A stretch of DNA of 64,000 bases from Lytechinus pictus (Eukaryota). The DNA is taken from assembly GCF_037042905.1 (NCBI RefSeq), contig NC_087245.1, forward strand, positions 40,550,001-40,614,000. The letters are read 5' to 3'. Within the stretch, counting starts at the first letter, position 1, and every line of letters begins with the position of its first letter. Position numbers and translations under genes: made by a program. Shown piece after piece: positions 54,546-64,000 of this stretch. The notes beneath the pieces were generated by a model. That model made no database searches, was not told the origin of the DNA, and saw only the letters and a program-made list of their open reading frames with translations.

Positions 54546-56780
54546 CTTTGGTTTGAATAACAAAGGTGAAGACGTAAAACTCAGATTTCGATATGGAAAT
54601 GAAAGAAAGGATATAATGTTCACTGAATCATTGAGCAAAAATTGAAAAAGTTTTGATTAGTAGATCGAGAGGGCTTAACGTGAAATTTAAAGGCACCTTT
54701 AAAAAAATCTCCAGCTTTCAAAAGTCCATAACCTTGGCACGTTATAAATGCCAGGAAAGGGGACTATCTATCCAACTGAAAGCAATCATCATTTTGCTCA
54801 CTGATTGACAAATACTAATCGTCTACCAGAATCACATATATTTTTCCTTTATACATACAAACATCTATTTGTTAGTTTGTAGTAGAAGCTGTTCAATTTC
54901 ATCTCATTCCCTTAACTGGGATTTCGATTTCAGCTGGAAATACTGCAATATTTGACTCAAATCCACAGCCTCCTATTCAATATTTCATTACAATTTTGAA
55001 TAAAGCACTTTATTGCTCATAACGGACCAAAAGAAAATGGTTGTAGAATAGGAAAAATGGGGCAAAATGGATGTATGGAGAGGGAATACTCAACCCTCCG
55101 CCCAAAACAGCAATTACAATACAACAATAAACTATAATTAGAGCATTTACGTCAAACAGTGTATTACAAAAGTGGGTATAGAATAGGTCTCGTTGATGTC
55201 GTGATATAAGGGTTGATGAGTGGATTAATCTGAAAGATATTGGGGTCAGGAAAGTGAAGGGGAGGGATAGGGATACTGCGCAGCTGGGTCATTGATAGGG
55301 GTAGGAAAAGGGACAAAAAAGCGAGATACGTTTTCTATAAATACCCATACGTTATCCAAGAATATGAAGAAGGAAATTAAAACCTCCTTTTAATAAAGGT
55401 CTATACATGTACTTCTGCCTATTGATTGTATTGTTGGCAGGGCCAGGGTATAAGTTAAATGATGTTGGGTATAGAACAATTTATCATATTTTTTTTATGT
55501 AAGTCATCGTTTATCGATGTTCTGTTTTATTCAAGATGTAACGCACGTTTTGTAAATTTTGAGTTTCTCTGACAAATAAAAAAAGAAGGTCATGCAAATT
55601 TCTTAAGTGATATCTGTATCAAATACTGAAGATTATAGAAGAGATTTTTTAAATCACATTTCTTATGATTTCCACATGCATAACACATTTATATGTCAAT
55701 TATTTTGTATATCTAAACATTTTTCAATTGTGTAAATAACGTTGAATTGAACAAAGAAATTGAACTAACATCACCTTGAATACATTTACATTGACTCAAT
55801 TTCTGATTCGAAGAGATCTACTTAACACTTGTTGACTTGTTGAGAGACTTTTAAAGAAGAAACTGGACAAACACCTAAGAACATTCGTATGACGTATGTA
55901 CATCCCACTGATAATCTAGGGTAGGTATCTTAGCAAACAAACAGTCCCTTTTTTTTCATCCAGGGGTGCGATTAAGTCCACTTTTTCCATTTCGTTCAAA
56001 TTATTTGATTAAAAACAATATTGCCTGATCTAGTTCGCAACTCCGTAAATCATCAATCAATGTGTCAATCATCCCCGAGGATCGTTTCAAATCAAATCAT
56101 CGAGACCTACATGTATTCAATCAAATCATGAATTATGATATTTGCATAGATCATCCCTCTATTTAATCTTTACCCTTGAGTGTCCTTCCGAGACTCCAAG
56201 ACGTCTCAGTGGACAAAGGCGAAGACGCTGGAATGCCCCCTGTTCCCTTTAACCTTTTCAAATCATAAAGTTTGTTGTGATAAAGAAACACAGATTCAAT
56301 AATGGTCAGAAAAGGAATATTAGATTTGCATATTCAAAACAACACATTGAGATCAGACCTTCATGATGATTTTGTTTCAAAAGTTTACCATAGAACCCCA
56401 AACCCAAGCAATTTATATCAAGCATCTTCATGATCTTAGGTAAATAAGCAAATTACTGCAAATCTAGGGAAATTTACCCACAATAATGATTCCAAAAACC
56501 AAAATTCTGCTGATTGACAAACACCAAGCAGGACCATGTCTGTTTTAACACATATTGGATTATACTACCAGTCATGATTGATCTATTTATTATCGATTTT
56601 TAGAAAGAAAATTTTGTGCAATCCTATATACCGGGTAGTGTTTCAATTTCAAGAAAATAATATTTGAATCAATCTTATAAAGAGGAATGCCTTTGTAATC
56701 CTTCTTTCCTTTAATAATATGAGGGGTAATTTTAAAAAAGTATGAGCAGTAATGACCTGTATTATTCAACTACTACATCA

Positions 56781-56919
56781 GGGGAGAGTTTCATTAAAAC
56801 AAATAGACAGTGATTTGCATTGGCAACTGTTATAAGCTACTGAAATCCTTGCATGTGATTGGCTCAGAGCAAATTAGTCATTGGAAATCACTTGCTATTT
56901 GCTTCATGAAACTTTCCCC
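56781..56919 (+). mobile_element. ~140-bp Harbinger-like MITE
   Basis: TIR GGGGAGAGTTTCAT / ATGAAACTTTCCCC; the interior is the reverse complement of the copy at 63832-63973. Confidence 0.75.
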
Positions 56920-59900
56920 AAAACATGAAGGAAAAAACATCACCAAGGGGGGTTAATAAACTATGCCATGGGATCCAGAGCAGACACCAGTCTCGTGTTA
57001 ATATCACTTTTCTTTGAGGTGTATCTTAAAGCGTTCTGTCAACTAACCGATCAGTGGCATGACAAATCAGTCAATATTGAATGACATGGAGGCTGGAGAT
57101 TTCTTTTATCCACCCTAAAATGTTTTCTGAAGGACATACATTGTCCTCATTGTGTCCCTAAATGCTCTCGTCTTATGGGCTTTTTATTTGTTCACGATGG
57201 ATGGATCGGTGGCAAAGTGTGGTGTTCGGTTGGCAAAGCTCAATTTTGAATGAAACTGATTTTTTTTCATTATTATAAACTTTATTGAATGGAATGAATG
57301 CTTTTGGTGTGTATTTGATTACAATTACTTTGCACATTATATTTGCAGAACCTGTCATTACAAATTGTATGCCTTATATTGTACAGTGCTTCTCATTGAC
57401 GTTGTTTAGTTAGATCCTTTAATTTCCTCTCAGCTCCTATGTACAGCATTTTACTATTTTTTCTCATCAATTTTCTCTTCTATTCGCTTAAAAGGAACAA
57501 AATATAGTGGTCCACAGAAGCACAGAACAAATTTGAAAGTTTTTTTGGGGGGTGAACATGTATATAATCACAATTCGATGGTCATTTTCATATTTTTTGT
57601 TTACATAATACAAAAAAATGGGGGAGGGGTCCCCTGCAGATGTGCTTCTGCCGCCCCTGGTCCAAACTAAATAATTCACTCATAACAAAAAAGGGTTGAT
57701 ATTCATACCAAGAAGATCAAAATGAGCTTAACTGAAACTGATTTCTGCAAAGTGGATGGGAATCTCCAACGACAACCTAATTCAAGAAGAGAGAGAGCTT
57801 GCGATTGCACTCACAAAAATGATTCCACACTTAAAGCACAATAAAACAAGAAAAATTATTCATCCACCTAGCATATACCGAGTACAGCATTGCCTGGGAG
57901 GATGGGAGGAGGGGGTAGTAGAGAAAAGCATTGTAAAACAATATTTCCATTTAACTCCTGTACGAGTCTGAGTGCATGTCAAAGCCAATAATTTGCAAAA
58001 AGCATTCAAATTGTTTTCCTTTTCTTTCCTCAGGCTGGGAGAGTCAAAGGGATCGGGCTAACTCGATCAATCTCATTCAACCTTAGGGAGCATTATACCT
58101 CTTGAATGTATTGCAGTACTTATGATGGTGGTGGATGATGGCAGGAGACATTTGGATCGTCTCCATCTAGGTTGAGCGATTTTGTAAAAGACTAATTTCT
58201 GCGTCTGAATTTGTCGAGGGAACATTATAGTTTACCCGTTGCACTGTTTGCATACAAGCAATATATGTACTGTAGTGTGTGCACATATATGCAATTATGA
58301 AATTGAGTTAAAATAAACATGCCAGGGCATAATGTTCTATGTTGTTAGATAAACAATGCTCTTTCGATAGATTAATACCTTCGGCCTACAGTGCCCCCTC
58401 CCAATGCTACTTACTTCCATTATCAAATGTCAATTTCACGTTTAAAATATGCAGATTTGCCCTGAATATAGTTTTTATTCAATGTAGATATTGTTTTCAA
58501 AATGCAAATATAATACAATTTGAATTCAATTCATATACATTCCATCGGATTGAAATCCATTGCATTCCTTATGATAATTCCATCTCAACATCAACATCTA
58601 CCGATTAAATGATCTCTGTTTTGAATATAAAATACCCCTCTGATCCTTGCAATGCACCCTGGGATACGGCGAGGCATTAGCAAGATCACAAACATGCCAT
58701 GCTTCACATGCGTACGCTTGCCGACATGTAAATCACGTCGGTGAGAAATTACGGTTTAGGGGGAACGACTGTGGGCCCCCATTTAGAATGGCTGGGATAG
58801 CCGGGCATGTCATAACTGTTAAACTGTGAAATATTTATGGCTTTAATACATGGCTGACAGGGCAGACGAAACATAGACGAGATCGCTCCAGCACACGCAC
58901 ATGTTGAGCGGAGGGGGGATTTGTGGTCAATCCGTGAGCGAGTGGGATAATGAAGTGTCCTGGCAGTGTGGGGGTTAATGTTAATTTAGCTTTTCTATGG
59001 GGAGGGGGGGGGTTCCTCTATAATGGTTATCGAAGCACTTTTTTTTATAGCATGACAATACAGAAAGTCATCAGTCAGTTGTCAAACCTGATGAAATTAT
59101 TTGTGTTATACATGTATGGACAAAATATTATATATTGCTTTCACTTGCAAAGTAATTTTCCAGCAAGTCTTCTTTACACAGACATGATTTTAGTTTGATT
59201 AAAATAACAGATCATAGATGGAACCTGATCTAATTTGTTTGTTTTTTAATATCGGACTTTAAGACATGTACAATTAAAAACCATTTTATAAATACAGTAC
59301 TAAACTTAATGATTGTTGATGTTTGATCAGAAATGGACACAAATCACAAGTTTTTTGGTTCACAATGATACATCACATTTTTCTTTTTGCTTCAAATGAT
59401 ACACACTGTACGAGAAAGGAAATTCAGACAGGGCATATCAGGTATAAATAAAATTCTGCAATGATGCAACACTAGTTTTAGAAGAAAATCAAACCAACAA
59501 AGAAGACTGTAAAAAAGGGAAAGAAGCTTTAAATTAAAAACTGGGAGTAAATTGGGGGAAAAAGGAGTAAGAGAAAGAGAGTCTATTATCAGTATACATG
59601 TAGTCGAGATAACAGTTGTTGTTTGCATACTATTGCTTGCAGATTTTGAGTAGGCCCTCAAAAGTTATTACAATGGTTTGTTTGACAAGCCAAGGGTCTT
59701 TTTTATTGCTTCCACAAATCTACAATTGCACTTGACTTGTTGGACTTCAACTCGTGTAGGATTCCAACCCCCGTCCACACCTCCCCCCCCACCCTCCACA
59801 CGAGATCTCTCAATCATACCATTACTCTATGTTGACTCTAGGAATTGAGGCAAATTGAAAGGTCTATACTATAGCCAGCCCCATTAGGAAATTGTACGAT

Positions 59901-62900
59901 GAAGTGTTTTTCTTTTCTATGAAGATAATTACCCTGCTGATTCTCATTGGGGGATTGGGCGGTCACTTCTATTTCTTCTCCAAAATTGATGAGTTTTTCT
60001 TCCAAGACCCCATTTTGGGGGGTTAGAAGATAACTCTATGAAACACATGTAGATAATACCTCTTTAATTGAAAGAGTATGTTGTACTTTGGTAAGAGATA
60101 AGTGCAGGAGTATATATATATGCATATAAAGCTCCTAATGTGCATTGACACAAACATCATTTTTTTCCACATTTGGTATTTAGAAGGGTAGCTCTCAAAC
60201 AATGGGGCCCAAGAAATGATAGCAATTATGGTGCATAATGAAAATCCTATCAACTAAATGGATAAACTAATGTATCATACCATTGATACTTTTTTGCACA
60301 CTAATCGTATTTGATAATTGAGGTGAAAATGTCACCATTTATTGTTAACATATTATAACCAATCAATAATTAATACTATAGCAACATGGATGCTATTATT
60401 ATGTATATTGCTATCACAATATTTGCAAATAATATTCCCACTGTTGTCAATGATTATTAAAGAGATAGCTTCAAATATGAATTATAGGGGTATTCATGAC
60501 AATTTTTGCTGTTAGAACAATGTTATGACAACACACCTGGTTAAATATGAGTCAGTCAATACATGTTTATATTTGAAAGTTTTAAAGATAAAGAGCAATA
60601 GTTTGGAGAGGGGTGTATAAAAGCACCCCTCACTACCGGTAGTCCCCCCTCCCCCTTCCTCTGCTCCTCCTCCCTACACTCATTCAAAAGACTTTGCCCA
60701 ACCCCTTTATCAGCCAATTACTTAGGGACAGTATACCACTTCTCACCGGACAAACAGTGCTAATCCAATCTTCACATCAGCATAAGAAAGGGCCCCGATC
60801 TCCCTCCCCCTTCCCACACTTATTGAAATTCTCAAAAATATTCACCAGACACCAAAAAAAAAACAAGAGTGCTCCAAATAGTTTTCAAAATCCAACCCAG
60901 GGAGGATATAATAAAGAGGCACTTCCAAATTGCACTTGAAATCATCCCAATTTAAGGGCTAAAAAGAGAGAAAACGGGAGAAAACAGGAGAGGAAAGGCA
61001 AAGAAATGAGGCGAAAAGTTTGCTTTTGGTAGAAGAAGACCTAAAAGTTCATTATAGACTCTATTATTTGTAGAAGAGGAGTCCTCATTGCTTGGCCTAC
61101 ACTCTAAGCTACTTACAACTCTTGTTCATTTCCTGACCATGTACACACGCTGTAGTCTACAAAATACAGACTTCTTATTGTGGACAGAACATAAATATCT
61201 CATTTCTCCAACATAATTTGATGAAAGTATAGGAATTATTGATGTGCTACATCCTGCCTATTTCTGATATCAAAGAGAATCCATTAAAAATACATTACTA
61301 TTTATACTCATGTCATCATGCTTATTAAAAGTTGAAGGGCTGTATAGCTTTGGAGGCATTTAAAATACATGTAAAACTAAATTGTGATTAGGATAATTGT
61401 AATTGTACACAATTAGCAGATTATTATCTTTATATCATGATGTGATATACTGCTGATTTTTATCCATGCCTAAATGTGCATTTAATGTCTATTTGATTAG
61501 GGTCTAAAATAACTGCAGTACCAGTCAACTGTGAGTGTAATTTACACCATACCCCTTTGCGTTGGATAGCAATGATGCTGTGAACTTTGTATGAAATGTG
61601 CATTGGGTCTGACTCATTCGAGACTAACGCAAACACCACAGTGCTACTTATTGCATAACCTTGGTGCTTATGGAGAGCTGAAAATAAACACAAGCCATTC
61701 ACCAAACATGCATTGTTGAGTGCAGAAGAAGGGCTGCACATGGTTCGGCTTTATACACTAGGTACTCTAGTTCAAGCAAATTTGGAGCCCCAAACAGAAT
61801 GAATCATGATAAACAATAACGAAGTGAACCAGAGGAAATAACTTATGCTTGACCGCAAGTAAGAAAAAGAATCTTCAGTTTTCATGGATATACAATTTAT
61901 TCTTTTCATATCTACTGAAGACAGCCAAAATGGCTGAATTGAACAAAAACTTCCAACATTATGCATTTGTCATTTTCAGTAAAAATGTTAACACGTATAG
62001 ATTTGAATTGACAAGTACTAAGAAATATATTACATACACATATATGATATTTGTGTGATATATATTACTTTACAGTATATACTAATACTCATAGAATACA
62101 GTACTACTACTAGTACATGTACATTTGTACATATAATATTTACTATATCATACTTTAGAATACAGTACTTAAAATGTTATAAATCAAGGGGTAGATGGGA
62201 TAAGAAAAACTCTCAGTCACATTCCTTTCACTAATGATTGTTTTTCTTAATCTTGTTGTTTCCCCCTCATCCTTTTCTTTTATCGTCTCCCCTCATCTCT
62301 CCTCTCGTAATACACTCGTCATCATCAACGCGGAGAATGCAGGCCTGTCCACTTAAGCAGCTAACAGCTTGAAAATATGGAAACAGAACGGATGCCCCCC
62401 TAATCAGCATTTACGCAACTGTTGCACTTGCAGCCCCCGTGCCGTCTGTCATTAGGGGAAGTGGAATGATAGCTGAGCGCGACCCCTGACCCCAACAAAG
62501 CAAGTGCTTTCACAAATGGGGACAGTACGAGCTCGATCAAACTCTTCTTTCTTGTAGTTGTCATGGTATCACGCCGAAGGCTGCCGTTTGCGTATATGTT
62601 TCCTCTGTGGGTTGATTACGAGTGATGGAAATTAAACAATTAACACTAATGCCCTGGACAAATTACGCGGAGGATGAACGTGGTAGAATGGATGGTCACG
62701 CTTGATGGAGGGTTGAGTGAGGCAGAGACGGGGCAAGCAATCAAATGATCACTCTGATGGCAAGCCCGACAAGAAGATGATGGTGATGGTTACAAAGGAA
62801 TAGACATATTAGGGGTGGTGTACAAGAAGCAGATAACAGAAATTAAAAGAGGAAAGATGCCAAGATGAGATAGATGTAGCTCTATACATGAGGCACAAGA

Positions 62901-62939
62901 TGGATAGAAAATAAAAACACAGAGAAAGAGAAACAAACA

Positions 62940-63230
62940 AATAATGATGATGATAATATATAGCATTTATGAGATGCAGATTATCTACATGTAGTTGCCT
63001 ATCCAATGGAGCATCATATATTACCCCCGGCTTTAGTTCCAGCTGCCAAAGGTGCTTGGTGCATTCAAGGAATTAATCCTGCCGGGTACCCATTCACCTC
63101 ACCTGGGTTAAGTGCAGCACAATGTGGATAGATTTCTTGCTGAAGTAAATTATGCTATGACTGGGATTTGAACCCAGGAACCTCTGGATCTAAGTCTGGA
63201 GACTAATCCACTGCGCCACAATTATACTCC
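62940..63230 (-). mobile_element. Near full-length tRNA-derived SINE
   Basis: Minus-strand Pol III A box TGGCGCAGTGG (63218-63208) and B box GGTTCAAATCC (63174-63164). Core ..CCCAGGTGAGGTGAATGGGTACCCGGCAGG.. and tail ..GCTATATATTATCATCATCATTATT. Confidence 0.85.
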
Positions 63231-63831
63231 ATAAAGAAAAAGAAAGAGGAACAGAGGGAGGTGGACACTAAAAGGAATTTACAATATTTGAGCTGAATAG
63301 ACATGTTAATTTTCATGCAACATATACCAACAAAAAGATGAATAACTCTAATAACATTCGTTTATCACAAAAATAACATGCTGTGTTTATTCATATTAAA
63401 CCGATTTTGCTCCCAAACATCAAAGTCAAGAGATTAAACAGATCTTCAAGAGGAAGAGGAGGGAAGGAAGAAGAACAAGAAGTGGGCCATTTTTCACCAT
63501 GACTTTGAAATGTACCCTGGCCGTGACCTCTTGGTATTGGTCTGTCTAAGATCTAACCAATAGTTGAAGAGAGAAACCGGGAGAAGTATTTAGCACCTAC
63601 TGAGTTTGATGTAACGTCCTTCGTCTCATTTAAACAGCTGTCGGAATCATTTCATTTCTATCTCTCTTGTTGGGTATGCCTCTTGCTCGACAAAGATACG
63701 TTTTGAGCACAGAATGCCGGATTCTGACTGGGGTATATCATGCACTCGAGACACCACACACGGTGCTCCCGTAGATGTTGACTTCACCGTTTCATGTGCA
63801 AATGATTTATGAATGGGTTTAACCAACTACA

Positions 63832-63973
63832 GGGGACGGTTTCATGGTGAAGCATCTTGTGAGTTACTTCCATGGACTTATTTGTTCTGAGCCAATCAGA
63901 AGCAAGAATTTCAGTAGCTTATAACAGTTATCAATGGAAAAGTCACAGGCTATTTGTTTCATGAAATGCTCCC
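63832..63973 (-). mobile_element. ~140-bp Harbinger-like MITE, same family as 56781-56919
   Basis: TIR GGGGACGGTTTCATG / CATGAAATGCTCCC; shares CTGAGCCAATCA..GCAAG..TTTCAGTAGCTTATAACAGTT with the other copy in inverted orientation. Confidence 0.75.
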
Positions 63974-64000
63974 TGGGTTACAAAAATGTGTCAACATCAA

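Noticed and set aside
61105..61170. 40-nt exon candidate (TTTTGTAG..GTAAGT, minus)
   Set aside because: Weak exonic donor context and an implausible peptide; expected by chance in 40 kb.
63150..63225. tRNA gene
   Set aside because: A/B boxes are present but continue into a SINE core and tail; no proper cloverleaf.

Overview
AT-rich eukaryotic genomic DNA. The MITE and SINE families look like those of sea urchins (Lytechinus-like), which is an inference from repeat style only. There are three zones. (1) 1-14.2 kb is a dense, partly nested transposon graveyard. It holds a Kolobok-type TTAA element, three PIF/Harbinger-type Myb/SANT relics (one with intact TIRs and a TTA TSD), an L1/Tx1 3' end with a 15-bp TSD, an RLE-type (HERO-like) non-LTR fragment, a triplicated P2X7-ballast/KolX-like Cys segment, an I/Nimb-like LINE end and several MITEs. 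All recognisable coding relics are on the minus strand. (2) 13.6-17.3 kb holds two same-orientation CTCF-consensus sites bracketing a 2.1-kb higher-order (CAT/CAC)n array. (3) 17.4-64 kb is the 3' part of a minus-strand gene whose terminal exon (22421-22748) resembles the RBM24/RBM38 (SEB-4/SUP-12 family) C-terminus. It has a probable ~5-kb 3' UTR and >41 kb of intron with MITEs, SINEs, microsatellites and candidate cis-regulatory islands. The RRM exons were not found. The most interesting lead is a frame-preserving 27-nt microexon candidate (44405-44431) followed by duplicated RBM24-type binding motifs, a possible autoregulatory splicing module. No prokaryotic-type system, CRISPR, rRNA or true tRNA gene was seen.
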